A stretch of DNA of 62,054 nt, filler included, from Platydemus manokwari (taxonomy: Eukaryota): assembly GCA_037951405.1 (NCBI GenBank). It is 6 parts of 6 records of this genome, joined end to end, with 100 filler letters (N's around TTAATTAATTAA, not from the genome) between each part and the next. Parts side by side here need not be neighbours in the genome. Positions count along the whole stretch, not along the records: positions 10,885 to 20,522 come from JBBMOY011223766.1; positions 20,623 to 31,199 come from JBBMOY011122664.1; 4 more parts are not named here. One strand, 5' to 3'. This document shows, in pieces, positions 15,201-28,412 of this stretch. The notes beneath the pieces are model-generated. The model was not told where the DNA came from. It saw nothing but the letters and a program-made list of their open reading frames with translations, and did not search any database. Within the stretch, counting starts at the first letter, position 1. Every line of letters begins with the position of its first letter. The position numbers were made by a program, and so were the translations under genes.

Positions 15201-17926
15201 CAATCATTGGCATGAATTGTACTCATCAAACGGTTATTCATGCCGAAAACTTTGTGGATCCAACGACTGGAGCTCACATACAAACAATCGAACTTTCTGG
15301 CACAATTGCAAGCTCAGGATAAGCATCAATGCGGTACACACCGATCTTTAGTGGACAGCTACTAGTGTGAGTTCGTTTGGAGACAAAGACACCGAAATAC
15401 GGACCTAAATTATTAATGACATTTCCCATTCTCACCCTCTTCAATAAGAACTAAAAGTACAAGTTTCATATCCTCTTTTTTATAATCCTGTTTGAGTGGC
15501 GAAGGTTAAATTTTGGGGGGGGGCTTATCTGGAAAAAATCCTTTTAAATAATAATAAAATCAATCAATATAATTTTAAAACTCAATAATTCCTTTCTCCT
15601 AGAATAACCTTACTTATCTCGTTATTCTTTTTGCTTATATTATTATATTTTAATTATTTTTAACTATATATAATGATAATAATATATTGATAGAGAATTA
15701 TCCTTACAAATTTAATTCATGAAAAACAAAACGAAATCTTAGCACAACAGGCATAAATTATTAAATTTACAAAATCCCTATTAAAGTAATGGCATGAATT
15801 AGAATTGATATTAATGTTAATGAGAATATAAATTGAAGAGAAACTCATTTTCCGTAGGCTTTTTCTTTTATAAATGAATTATTCAGTAATTCGATATATG
15901 AAATGGGTTAGGAAAAGAAGTTTTGTCATCAAGATCATTTATAATCGATTTGATATGCCAACTTTCATAATGACACTCGTCACAAAGTACAACGATAAGA
16001 ATTGTAAACATACAAATATATCTATAATGTGATGGAATAATCATTGGCGAATGTTTTCAACGATAAGAAAAGACAAAATTGATTGCTGGACGATTTTATT
16101 TTAATTATAGGAATTCCATGAATTTTCTCTGAATGATTTACTTATGATTTAAATATTTGGATATTCTGAGAAACCTCCAGATAAATGACTTAATCTAAAT
16201 CATTTTTAATTTATAATATTTTTAACTATATTCATCAAAATTAATTAAAATAAATAATCAAACTGATTCGTAACACCCACATGATTATAAATATCCATGG
16301 CAACTAAAAAGATTGTAATGAAATGCTAGTAGATTTCCACCGATACTGCGAAGGTTCTAAGGCAGCGGTTCTCAACCCTAACTCTAACCCATTTTTAAGA
16401 TCTTGGCGACCCCAAAGAAAGTCAATATTACTAAAAATAAGTCATAACTCACCATAGTTAATAAAACCAATTTGCAACAAGTTAATAAGAATGTTGATAC
16501 TGTTTCCCTTTCACAAGCTTATCAAATTGAGGAAGTGCTGTGGATAATGCACATTGAAAATCATCTTCCACACTAAGTCTGTTCCTGGACTTTGATTTAC
16601 AATAAGTAATTAGTAAGATTATCAGATAATAACATTACCTATAAAATACTTAACTGTAGTAGTCAAGGTAATTGTGAACAGAGGCAGTTTAATCAGCATC
16701 ACAAACTATTTATTTAACAGCATCATAAAACACGATTTTCACATGTAATGGTTTGTACACCTACCACAATTCGGTGGCCTCTTTATAAATTCTTGCCGAC
16801 CCCATCTGGAGTTACGCCCTCGGTGTTGAGAACCACTGTTCTAAAGAAAGTCTGAAAAAATGCTAACCAATAGCAATATGAGATACAAGAATTTCTATGG
16901 ATTTCAAACTCGAATCGCACTTGCAGGTAATGTATATACATGCATACAGAAATTGTGGTCTGGTATATCGAGGTATTATTCTAAGTTAACATTATTATCT
17001 ATTTTATGAAAATTGAATTGATTTGATTAATTCCACTATCCAAAACGAGTAACTTTATTCTTCCGCATGCCGAATTATTTGTATACACGCACATATACTG
17101 TAGATTGCCACAGTATTCTTTGAGCCACTATCCTTAATTATTTCTTTTTTCTTACATCACTGATCCGAATAAAAATATATTTGTTTTTATTACGTCATAT
17201 TATTGCATCACATTATTATTTACTCGCCTAATTATCGGTAAGAGCCCGCTAATTTCAACCATATAAAATTTTATTACAAGATAATTCTAATAATTATCGA
17301 TAATTATTTATTGATAAATACCATATTATACAAATCAATAATATAAAATGTTATAATAAGATATTAATATATTATTTTCAATTATTATTCTCTTTTTTCA
17401 AATTGAGGTTGATAAACTGACAACATATTGTAAATTTATTCAGATCTGAAATATTGATTCGTAAGGCTATTCTAGATAATGAATTTATGCGAAATCTTCA
17501 TTCAAGTCAAATACAAAGTATCATTGATTGCATGAGACCGGTTACATTTCCAGCACATAGCCTCATCATTAAAGAAGGTGACATTGGTTCTATGGTCTAT
17601 GTTCTTGAAGGTTGATTTTTAAATTGATTAGTTTTTATTTGAAATTATCAGAGGGGATTTTAACGGTTTCTAAAAATGGTAAATTTCTTCGTGAAATCGT
17701 TAAAGAAACCACATTCGGCGAATTGGCAATTCTGTATGATTGTACGAGAACAGCTACAATAACAGGTATTCCATGAAGGAAATCTGAATTAATAACACAA
17801 TGATGAATCATTACTTGTAGCTGCTGTTCAATGTCATATATGGTCCATAGATCGAGAAAGATTTCAAACAATCATGATGAAAACCACACTGATGAAACAA
17901 AGCGAAAATCTAGAACTTCTTAAAAC
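12208..17926 (+). CDS. PRKG1: cGMP-dependent protein kinase (PKG1/foraging-like), N-terminal four coding exons; remainder not found in this contig
   Basis: Exon 12208-12500 carries a leucine zipper and RGLGISAEP pseudosubstrate. Exons 17444-17610 ([14 protein letters not shown]...IIKEGDIGS), 17652-17765 ([15 protein letters not shown]) and 17821-17926 ([13 protein letters not shown]) encode cNMP-binding domain A. Splice phases are consistent. Confidence 0.9.
14875..15545 (+). mobile_element. Internally deleted Merlin (IS1016/IS1595-related) DNA transposon in PKG intron 1
   Basis: [38 protein letters not shown] and EFVWR motifs of ISXO2/Merlin DDE transposases. Imperfect terminal inverted repeats CAGAAAAGCCCC (~14886) and GGGGCTTATCTG (~15520). 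Confidence 0.85.
16363..16838 (-). mobile_element. Non-autonomous hAT (Charlie/Buster-like) element
   Basis: TIRs CAGCGGTTCTCAAC / GTTGAGAACCACTG; 8-bp TSD TTCTAAGG / TTCTAAAG. Internal minus-strand remnant [19 protein letters not shown]...KQYQHS matches the hAT dimerisation-domain C-terminus. Confidence 0.88.
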
Positions 17927-19279
17927 GTAATTTTGATTTTATTTTAATATTTTCTTTCAACGATTATTGATATTTATTTTTGTTTCTATTTTTAGTAATT
18001 TATGGCGAAAAACATAAATTTGGAATATTTTAGTTCTATCTTGATATTGAAAGTTCATATTTGAAATAATAATAATTATTATTATAGTAATGATAATAAA
18101 TATATAGTGCAATGGCGCATCAATAAAAAATCAAAACTACCATGAAGACTGGCGCCTCTTAAAACGAAAATAAACATGACACAACTTGTTTCGGTATGTA
18201 TGCAAAAACAAAGTTGCTGCATACATATATTTACTCGGTTATGTGGAAAAAATCCAACTTTTCAACTGAGCTAATTCGGTTGAGTGGATTAAGAGGTTAA
18301 CAATAAATAATTACTACATTTAATAAAGACAATTAATTGGAATCACATTTTTCGTCTTTCTATTCATTACCTAATAGTATTTAGATATAAAAGTTAATGT
18401 CTGTACTCAGAAATGGTTTGAAACACTTACGACAACCTTTCAGCTAAATTCGAAAACATAATTTTTCAACCACTTCTGCTGGACAAATTCGAATTGTTTT
18501 AAATTGATAAATCGGAATCCCAAAGGTTTAAAAAGGTGAATGTGTAGCATTTTCATTGAGATAGCGAAAGTCAGACTCAGTTAATAGAAATATTCTTTTT
18601 GTTTTTCGTGTCACAAACCAGATGAGATATTTTGTGAATGAATAATATGGCTGTCTACTCACTCTTTTCGTATTGTTGTAATGCTTGAAAAACCATTCAC
18701 TAATTATATCAGTGCGGTTAATATTTATCTCAATATCCATGTCGAAGAGCTCGTGATAATATGAGAATAAATAATCGCTGAAGTATTAAATAGCAAATAT
18801 TTAGAGCAGTCGTAATTTAGAACCCGTGAAAGTTGTTCATTAAATAATATATTTAAATTTTTATAAGTATTTTAATTAAATTAATAATTATTTTTGTAAT
18901 TAATTTAATTTGATTTCAATATTAGAAAATATCGCATATAAGAAAATCTTTATCGTATTTGATTTTTTAGTTCGAATATTGATGTTTTCCAAGCAATAAA
19001 TCCAGAGATAAAAATAAAACACTTATGGTTGTCAATATTTTTCGAATATCACCACAAACAGTGACAAATTTACTTTAAGGTGTTAAGTAAATAAAATCCA
19101 TCAATAATCCCTGATTGTCACCAGATAGTAAAGTTATTTAGCAGATGTATGAAAATATATGCCTGCATTGACAGAAATTCTTTAAATATGGATAACTGTA
19201 AATCCATGACTACTAAAAATTCCTGTACTTATTATGATTTACATATATATATATCAGTGTTTTTTAACTTTTTTACTGG

Positions 19280-19981
19280 AGAGGAACCCCACGGGAACAT
19301 TCCTCTGGTTCGAGAAACCACCGTGCAATAATTTAATTGTTTTATGCAGAAAACAGCATTTATTTTTTAAAATATAATAAAAGTATTTATGTTCAGAGTA
19401 TTGTGCATGTTTGTTGATGAAATGAAAACAAAATTGTACATGTTTGAATTGACTAAATTTATTCTTATCAAAAACTCAGTGGGATATTTGAGCACAACTC
19501 TTTAAGATTCGGTCGTGTTTTTGACAGACACACACGAAGTTTATCTTCCACAGACAGCAATTGTGCTCGTTTCTTGTGTTTGATGATTGTCAGAGCTGAA
19601 AATCCAAATTCACATAAATGTTAGGTTGAAAATTGCACAAGAAGTCGTAGAGCCTTCTGGGCAATTGCAGGATATTCCTTTTCAACCAGCAACCAAGATA
19701 TATAAAAGCAAGTCGAATAGTGGTAGGACAAAGGGATCTTTCAAATGTAGCGAGTTTAATCATGTTAAAATTAGGATATTTAAACAATAAATAATGAAAT
19801 AATAATAATGAAATAATAATAATAATGAAATAATAATAATAATAAAATAGATTTTCTAATTTGAATTTAACATGTTGTTTATTTGTTCGTTGTTCCAATT
19901 TAGAAATTTAGAAATTGCGAAGCCCCCAGAGTGTAGTGTTGGAACCCTATGGTTACGCGTAACCCTGGTTGAAAACCACTG
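19280..19981. mobile_element. hAT-like terminal fragments
   Basis: Two right-end-like motifs (GGAACCC...GAGAAACCACCG ~19320; GGAACCC...GTTGAAAACCACTG ~19981) resemble the TIR at 16838. No matching left end or TSD found. Confidence 0.45.
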
Positions 19982-20522
19982 ATATATATTGATTGATTTA
20001 GTATTCAAATTATTTCGAATTTATAATTAAGAATCTTAAATTCATGAATGCCTTTTAAGCAATTTTGATAAAGTATTCATAAACACAATTATCGCACCAT
20101 TGATTGTGTTTACCAATGATTTTTATTATTATTGTTGCAAATCATTTTAATTAGATAAATTCTATTCGCTATAACTAATGCTGGATAACACATAAATTTG
20201 TTGAAAATGCGAGTCACAAAACTTTTGAAGACTCCGAAATAATATTGAAATATTTTTGTTTCATTTCATTGGATATTATTTATTTATAAATGCATTTAGT
20301 GTTTTGAATTGTAATAATTTGTGAAGTTCATTTTCAAATGAGAGGAGCACTGGTGAATCTTTTGTAAAACAGCTTAACTTGTCGGTTCAACTTTTCATAA
20401 AACATTCATGTTCTAGAAAGTCGAATATTTACATGCTAATGTAACTGTGCCCTTGATTATGAAAGTGGTATAAGTCATATTTCTTGTTTGGAGATATTAA
20501 GGGATTTGCATGTTAAAGAATT

Positions 20523-20622
20523 NNNNNNNNNNNNNNNNNNNNNNNNNNNNNNNNNNNNNNNNNNNNTTAATTAATTAANNNNNNNNNNNNNNNNNNNNNN
20601 NNNNNNNNNNNNNNNNNNNNNN
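20523..20622. other. Artificial contig linker
   Basis: N44-TTAATTAATTAA-N44. Confidence 0.97.
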
Positions 20623-20639
20623 TAAAATTTGTATTTCAA

Positions 20640-22460
20640 TGAATAAATTTAATTGTTATCATTTATTAATTGTAAGGTCATATATTAACTAATTGATAAT
20701 ACAACATATACTCTTTTAAATTATTAAACTCTAAATCTTTATAATCTTGTAATCCTATGATATTCCTTTTCTGGTATACCTTTATTCTTTAATCTCAATT
20801 AAGATTTATCAATACTTGGAAATTCTTTAATATTTAATAATCCATCACTTTAATAATCCATCACTTTAATAATCCATCACTTTAATAATCTATCACTTTT
20901 AATGTAATCATAAGGAAATATTTGCTTTTTAGATTTTAAAGTTAACTCATTTAATATTTTACATTTACTTAAGTCCTTATTTAGAATATCTCCTATCTTT
21001 TCAATAGAAATTGATGGTTCCACTAATCTCAGTGAATCTAAGAATATTATGTTTTTATACTGGAAGAAAATACATTTTTCATCTGTATTTACTAAAGTTT
21101 CCTTATTATTAACATTCTGTGGAGGAATTTTCATTGTCTCTTTAAAAACAAATGAATATCATAATTACTTCAGTTATGAAAAAAACAAGGAATGAAGAAA
21201 TTACAAATTGATCTATCATTTAAGTTACAACTGTTACATGCTGCTAATCTGTATTTTCCATTAAAATGATCATGATCCTTGACTTTTGAGTTTTGTCCAC
21301 AACCGAAGTTAGTTTCTGTTGAAAATAGTCCATCATAATAGTCACAACCTATAGATTGTTGAAACTCTATTTCGTTTTTTGTGTCCTTATTATATTACTA
21401 TTTCCATTATCATTTAAATGTTTTATATCAAATCTGATATTTGTTAATTTTTTATTGGTATTCTCAATTACCTTAATAAATTGGTCAAAAAGGTTTTATT
21501 CATATAATTCAATATATCTAGATTCAAATAATGTTTCGTAATGGCTTTTAATATAAATTCCTACTGATATTGGTCTTTGTTCATAAACATTAGTTGTCTC
21601 ACCTTGTTTGTGTGCTATAGGCACATTATAAGCTTAAAAATGAACATAAATTACAAATGGAAATTTATTCTTTTGATAATACTTTTTATACGGTAAATAT
21701 TCTTATTTCATAAATCTTGGTTTACTAGGTTTATGATTTTGACATTGTTCAACATGATTATTATAAAAAGGTTAAATTTATATTTATTTAGACATCTTAA
21801 ACAGAGTAATTGAGAATGTCCATTTTGATTTGCAAATGTATTCATGTTTTATCTTTATATCTTTTATTCAATTTAAACAAAATAATAAAGTTAGAATTAT
21901 TTCTAATTGTTTTCGTAGGTAATGAAACCAACTTTGAGATAAATAAATAATGTTACAATTGTTATGACTTACTCTTGCATAGTAAGCAGACATTACTTCT
22001 GAATTTTCCTGTTTCACAATCATTGAAAATTATGAGATTATTTTTTGTTTTATTTAAATCTGAAGGATTCATAATTTTTTCACATTTAGATTCCATCGTC
22101 ACAGTTATAGGGTTTTGTATTTTAAAGGAAATTTTCTACATAAATTTCACAGATTTCTCTAATGGTTAAATTTTTATGAAAATTGTTTTGATCTTTAAAT
22201 ATTTCTATAATACTTTCTTTTGATAAATTACTTTGAAATCCGTGATATAAAAATTTGATATTGTTCTTGATAAAGTGTTTTATTATTATTATTAAATTAT
22301 CATAATCTAAAGATCCTGATGCTTGTAACAATTTAAAAAGTTTTTGTGTTTTTCCACAACCAGAACTACCAATAATTAAAACTCTAAAAGATGGATCAAT
22401 GATTGGATGACGCTTGAATTTTATTTTTATTCTGATTCCAAATAAATGCCATTTTTTTAA
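20640..22460 (-). mobile_element. Degenerate Polinton/Maverick (adintovirus-like) segment: packaging ATPase followed by protein-primed DNA polymerase B
   Basis: FRVLIIGSSGCGKT Walker A at ~22350-22390. CLRCL, DHDHFNGKYRLAACNSCNL, IPCFFHN..NYD, FLDSLR and KQIFPYDYI fragments are typical of Polinton pPolB. Many stops and frameshifts. Confidence 0.75.
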
Positions 22461-22779
22461 TAAATAAAAAATGATTAAATTTCTTTTCAGAGCTGACAGC
22501 CTAAGGCTTCACTTTTATGTGATTTGTAAGAAAGAAATTTCAAAATCAAATAAAGCTAAACATGAAAAACTATGAGTCATATACTACAAAAACGAGTACG
22601 AATGAAAGCACGAAAGTACGAAAGTACGAGTATTAGTGATACAGTAAAAACAAGTCGTTTCCATCAATATTTTACTTTATTTAAAAATCACACGCGCTTG
22701 ATTTTAATATTAAAATAACTCTCATTTTTATCTAACTTGCTTCTATCGTTGTTTTGGAGATCCATTTTAGCCACTCAAT

Positions 22780-24480
22780 TCTTCAACATTTCGGTTGTCT
22801 CTGGAAATTAGGAAGTATTTGATTTGGACTTAAAAATTTCAAAATTCTGTGAGGACCTTCATAACGATCTCTGTTTTTATTTATTTTATGCGGTTCTTTC
22901 TTCATGAAAACTTCATATCCAACTGTGAAAATTCTACAACCTCTTTTTTCATCATCGAATTTCCTTAATTTTGTGGCTACTGATTTCAGCTAGATTTCCG
23001 ATTATTTGACTTGGTGACTTGGTTCATTTAGTCGTAATCAATGCATATTAATTCTTCGTCCAAACAATATTTTAAAAGGAAAATGTTGAATTAAATTCTG
23101 ATGTGTTGCATTGATGATGAATTCTATCCGAGATATTAATTTATCACAAACCTGTTTCTCTGATATCATCGTTGTTACTAGCATATCTCGGACCGTCCTA
23201 ATCATCGTTTCAGCTAAGCCTTTTGCCTCATGTTTGTATGGGGAGGTAAATTCTTGTTTTATTCCAAAATCCGTTTCTAATTCTTTCATTTCCCTTGCCT
23301 TCCTTCCCCGATCAATGAGCATTGATTTTGGAGCGCCATAGATTCATTTATCGATGATGGACTAACCATTTTCGAATGGAACCAACACAGTATCTTGTTG
23401 TTAAATCTTTGCAATTGAATGCTCTACAAAATTAATCAACCAACTTTTTAGTTTACCTTCTTTAGCCCGCTGGTGCTGAGTTAAGCATTGTGAACAAAAT
23501 GCTTCGCTTATCCTTGAAAGTCCATCTGCATTTTCTAATCCTAACCCATGTCGTCATTAGTCTCTATACCTTCTGCACTGATCTTATGACCCAGAAAATT
23601 CAATTTTCTATTGCCAAAGTCCATTTCTCGGGATTAATTTTCAAACCTGTTGATTTAATCAACCAGAATACCTTGTCCAGTTTCTCATTATGTTCCTTCA
23701 CTGTTCTTCCATACACTAAAATATTGTCCAGATACGCAATACGCCTTTGTAAATCAAGTTTTGAATATAATATTCATTAGACTCTGAAACGTTGCTGGCG
23801 CGGTACATAAGCAAAAAGTTAGTCTGTTAAAACCGAACTGACCAATTCTGGTACTAAAAGCCGTTTTTATTTTAGAATCTTTCTCAAGTTTGACCTAATA
23901 ATATGCTTGACCTAAATTTATTGTGGAAAAATCTGTCGCTCCATAAACTGAGTTCAATAACGTTTGGATATTTTGGTACCGGAAAAGAAAACTTCTCAAT
24001 TTGTTAGTTTAATTTTCTGAAGTCTAAACACATCCTGATCGATCCATCTTTCTTAGGAACCACGACCAATGGAGTGTTCCAAGGGCTCTTGCAAGACGTT
24101 ATGAGATAACTTTCAGGAAGATTTTCTATCAATTCTTGAATTTTGGTTTCTAAATTTATTGGCTGCCTTCTGGGGTTTTGAGCAATATTTTCCCCTTTTG
24201 TAAGGATCTCGTGCTTCACCAAATCTGTCAGTCCCAAATCAAACCGAGAAGCCATAAAAGTTGAGCCATTTTCTTTTATAGACCTATTCAATGAAATATC
24301 GTTCTTATCAGCAATACTCTTCAGTGCTATTTCGTTTCTGTCTTGATCGCTGTATTTATTTCCCACATCACTGACATGAATTAATTTTATCCTTTAAAGG
24401 AATATTCCATAAGTATTCATCATGTCAACTCATTATTTTGGCATGTGAAAATGTTTCTAATAACATTTGTTCAATCTCTT
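22780..24480 (-). mobile_element. Degenerate, internally deleted Ty3/Gypsy pol (RT and integrase fragments)
   Basis: SPWNTPLVVVPKKDGSIRMCLDFRKLN (24004-24366), YLDNILVYG (~23720-23735) and the integrase core FTSPYKHEAKGLAETMIRTVRDML (23038-23322). Confidence 0.85.
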
Positions 24481-26579
24481 TATTTGAAACTGCTGAATTC
24501 TTGTCAAAGTTGATCGTCATCATCTCTCAACAGCATGACAAATGCAAATGATAGTTCCATTTGATCAAATGTCACGAAATCTTTGGTTGTTCGGAACCAT
24601 TTCCGAGCATCTTGGATTGATGAATCGAAGAATGACGGTTTCGGAATTAATAAGTCCAGAGATTTGTGGCATATTCGCAAAAATTTTCTGTTTCCTTTCA
24701 TGTTTAGCTCTAGTCAGAGCGTTAATTTCCACGTGGTCACCAGTAAAAACATAAGTCGTGTCCACCAATATTTTATTTAATTTAAAAATCATATGCGTTT
24801 TTTTAATATTAAAATAAATCTCATTTTTTATCTAACTGATACAAATAATAGTACGAGTACGAGTATGAAGAAAAGTATAAGATAAAAAGGATTCGAAAAA
24901 TGTCATTTAAAACTGTCGACAGACGGAGACAACATTCTACAACTTTTGCAATTGCATTTCTATTGCTTTACTATACATTTAAGGTAATTTTGAAAATTAT
25001 TTTATCGAGTATTAGCTTGTCATAATGTTCTTCACATATTCTATCGTTTGGGTAACATAAGTTACATAATCCAACATCACTGGCACCTAATTTTGGATCA
25101 CATGGAGATTCAAGTTTATTTTTCTGATCTGGGTATCGAATATTGATATTTATAATTCATCTGTAGTATAAACATCGTACTTAATTTTGTTATGAAATTT
25201 ATTTAAAGTATTTTATTTATTTATCTTTAAAAATTTTTATTTGATTTCAATGCAATTCATTTGGGTTTTTAGATAAAATAAGATGCATTAATGTATTATA
25301 TAAAATGATAATTCATAATTCACTTAAGGACTCAATCCAATTCGGTATTCAGGTAGACTATTTTAAACCATTATTCTTGTTTCAATATATCCATAATCTG
25401 AGAACATTGGCTCATTAAAAGGTGTTTTACTTTTAACACAAATCGGTAGACTTTGTAGGTTTTCTAACAATTTTAAAGAAATATCAATTAATATTCTAAA
25501 CCCATCAATTCTTTGTCTAAAACATTCACAATCTATATGAGCATTATTTGAAATAACTTCTCTGACATGATTTCTATTTCTAATTATTTCTATTATATTT
25601 TATACATATACCATCATTTTATTATACATTATTAATGATTCGAGATAAACAATGACTTCTAAATAAATTGGTGTTACAATTTTAACGCTGAAAATTTCAT
25701 TCCCACAATTGTTCAGATTTGATAAGATCATCATATGTATCACTGTATTTACTTAATTAAAGACATTTATTCAAAATAGCATGAATCAACAAGGTTTAAC
25801 AGAAAAATTTTGATTGAATAAATTAACATAATTATTTATAAATTTATTAATTAATTATTTATAAAATATTTTATTTAATATTTTATTTGATCACATTTCT
25901 TGAATGGTAATATCAATAATAATGGTCACAACTCATTATTGGACATTGTTGAATTTATTGTTTGTGAACTTCAATATCAATGAAAATTAAACATTATTAA
26001 CGAAAGTCATTTTAATTACTTTTTCAAATCTGGATTTAGTCTGTTGATAATTATTAATGAGATTGATTTATAAAAATAATTTCATTTTATATTTGCTCTG
26101 GTTTCAATTCTGGCCATATACAATTGATTTTAACAAGCTTTTCAATTTTAAGATATTATCATGTAAGTGTCTAAATATTTAATTGATGAATTGATATTAT
26201 TTTGATATTTATGTTTATTTTATAAATATTATTTTATTAATATTAAAACAATTTGACTAACTAATAACTGTAAACTTAAAATAATTTATTATACATTTAT
26301 AAATAATTTTGTTTTTTTTATTATTTTATGAAATTAAAATATTTGATGTCAAACATATAATCATTTGAAAATAATGACAATGATGTTGCGAATAGAATTG
26401 TCAATGATTTAAGTAAAATAAATTTATTTCAAAACAGTAATATTTCAATGATTTTGAGGGCGAATATAATAATTATTAATCAGTAACAATTTTATATTGG
26501 CTTGATTTTCAAGACTTAATAATTTTAATAATATATAATTGATATATTGTTATTAATAAGAAATTTTTCTAGTATAAAT

Positions 26580-28412
26580 ATGAATTATATTTCCAATAAA
26601 AATAAAATTAATGTTTCAAGGTCATTGGATTCATCATCCTCGCTATTACCATCTAGCTCAAAAGAAGTAATTCAATTCGTTAAGGAGATAATTAATCAAC
26701 TAAAATCACTGAGGACAAGCACAGATTTCAATGAATTATCAATATTGTTTCAAAAATTGAATGATTGCTTTGAACATGTTAAAGAATATCGAAAAACAAT
26801 GGTTAAAGTATTGATTAAAAAACGATTTGTAAAGCTGGCATCAATTTATCTCAGAAAATTTCATGAAATCGGATTTTTTAACAATGTTGATGTTATGTGT
26901 GCCACGGATGCATGTTTGATTTATTTAATTAATATAACTGATTATAATGAAGAAATTCCAGAAGAGATTGTGGAAACAAATTTACCCAATGTTTTGATGG
27001 ATATTTTCAAACAGATATATGCTGAAAAACTTAATGACAGTGAATTTGTCGAAATACTAAAGTGCGTCACAACATTAATTTATAATATTGCTCGATTTCC
27101 AGGATGTGAATATAATTTCGCAAATAATGAAATGAAGCAAGCTGTATTTAAAATAATTAACAAAAACATTAACGAAGAAATGAATATGTTAGGGATGATA
27201 TTATTATCTTTTCTAATAGATGATGGTGAAAAAGATCTATTGAATGAAGCGCAAGAAATTATCAAAATTATTATTAGATATATCAAAATAGGTCTCGAAA
27301 CCAATGAACGAATATTAGGATTTTCAATTGGCGAATTGGTCAATGGATTAGAAAGTATTTCTGCAAATGATTGCATGAAAAACGCCATTGTAAAAGAGAA
27401 TGGAATCAATTTGATGTTTGATATTATTAACAGCACTAAAAGTGATGATGACATTGAAAAGTGTCTATTTGTTTTGTGGAATCTTTCTTTTGATGAAGAG
27501 ATCAGGGATATTTTGTTAAATAAATTTGATTTTAAAAATTTCATCAAATCATTTGAACATCACAAGTCGCGAGATATTCAATCTACTTGTGAAAGTATAT
27601 TAAGGACGATTGATAGAAACGATGAATCTAATGAAAAATCGCAAATTAAAGATTTGAAGACTAAAAGTGAATTCGATGTTTTTCTTAGCTATGCTCACAT
27701 CAATACAGATATTGTAAATAAAATCTACGACGAATTGATTAAGTCCAATCTAAAGGTGTGCATAGATAAAGATCAATCAAGAAGATCGGATCGTGAAGAT
27801 TTGGCAAAAGGGATTGAAAATTCGAAGATTTTTGTGATGGCTATTTCTGAGTCATACAGAAAAATTCCTATTTGTCGAGATCAAGCTGAATATGCACACA
27901 AACTAAATAAAAAGATAATTCCATTAATTTTAGAATATAAATATAATCCAACAGGATGGCTTGGGATGATGATGGGAACCAAGATGCGTTATGAATTTAG
28001 TGGGAGAAGAATATTTACTGATACCATAGAAACTTTGTTGAGAGAAATTTATGGATCATTGGAACCTGCAGATAAACAATTTGAAATTGCGGATAAACAA
28101 ATTAAATTAACTGCTTCTGTTCCAGTGGAGACCGATTCAGTGGATTCTGGTAATAGAAAAAAAGAGATTTCTTCGCAAAAGGATAAAGTTTATAAATGGA
28201 CAAATGAAGATGTCGGACAGTGGCTTATTAACAACGGATTAGATAATTTGAAATCTAATTTTTCAGTTATAGATGGAAAGTTATTAAAATCAATAATAGA
28301 TATAAACAATAAATCTCCATATTATGTATATAAAACATTGAAAAACGAGTATGGATTGAAATTTATGGACATGCTAAAATGGAATTTAGCCATTAATGAA
28401 TTAAATTTATAA
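26580..28412 (+). CDS. Intronless ARM-repeat / TIR (TIR_2-type) / SAM-like protein (SARM-like innate-immunity architecture)
   Basis: Open frame of ~610 codons from ATG 26580. ARM-like helices (LFVLWNLSFDEE), TIR motifs FDVFLSYAH, LAKGIENSKIFVMAISESY and KKIIPLILE...GWLG, and C-terminal VYKWTNEDVGQWL...IDGKLL SAM-like segment. Confidence 0.85.
   Translation: MNYISNKNKINVSRSLDSSSSLLPSSSKEVIQFVKEIINQLKSLRTSTDFNELSILFQKLNDCFEHVKEYRKTMVKVLIKKRFVKLASIYLRKFHEIGFFNNVDVMCATDACLIYLINITDYNEEIPEEIVETNLPNVLMDIFKQIYAEKLNDSEFVEILKCVTTLIYNIARFPGCEYNFANNEMKQAVFKIINKNINEEMNMLGMILLSFLIDDGEKDLLNEAQEIIKIIIRYIKIGLETNERILGFSIGELVNGLESISANDCMKNAIVKENGINLMFDIINSTKSDDDIEKCLFVLWNLSFDEEIRDILLNKFDFKNFIKSFEHHKSRDIQSTCESILRTIDRNDESNEKSQIKDLKTKSEFDVFLSYAHINTDIVNKIYDELIKSNLKVCIDKDQSRRSDREDLAKGIENSKIFVMAISESYRKIPICRDQAEYAHKLNKKIIPLILEYKYNPTGWLGMMMGTKMRYEFSGRRIFTDTIETLLREIYGSLEPADKQFEIADKQIKLTASVPVETDSVDSGNRKKEISSQKDKVYKWTNEDVGQWLINNGLDNLKSNFSVIDGKLLKSIIDINNKSPYYVYKTLKNEYGLKFMDMLKWNLAINELNL

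Noticed and set aside
27080-27547. Antisense ORFs over real genes (also 46607-47128, 61177-61527, 9484-9735) and the poly-Leu ORF 52322-52522
   Set aside because: Shadow frames of coding sequence, or artefacts of the microsatellite and N-runs.
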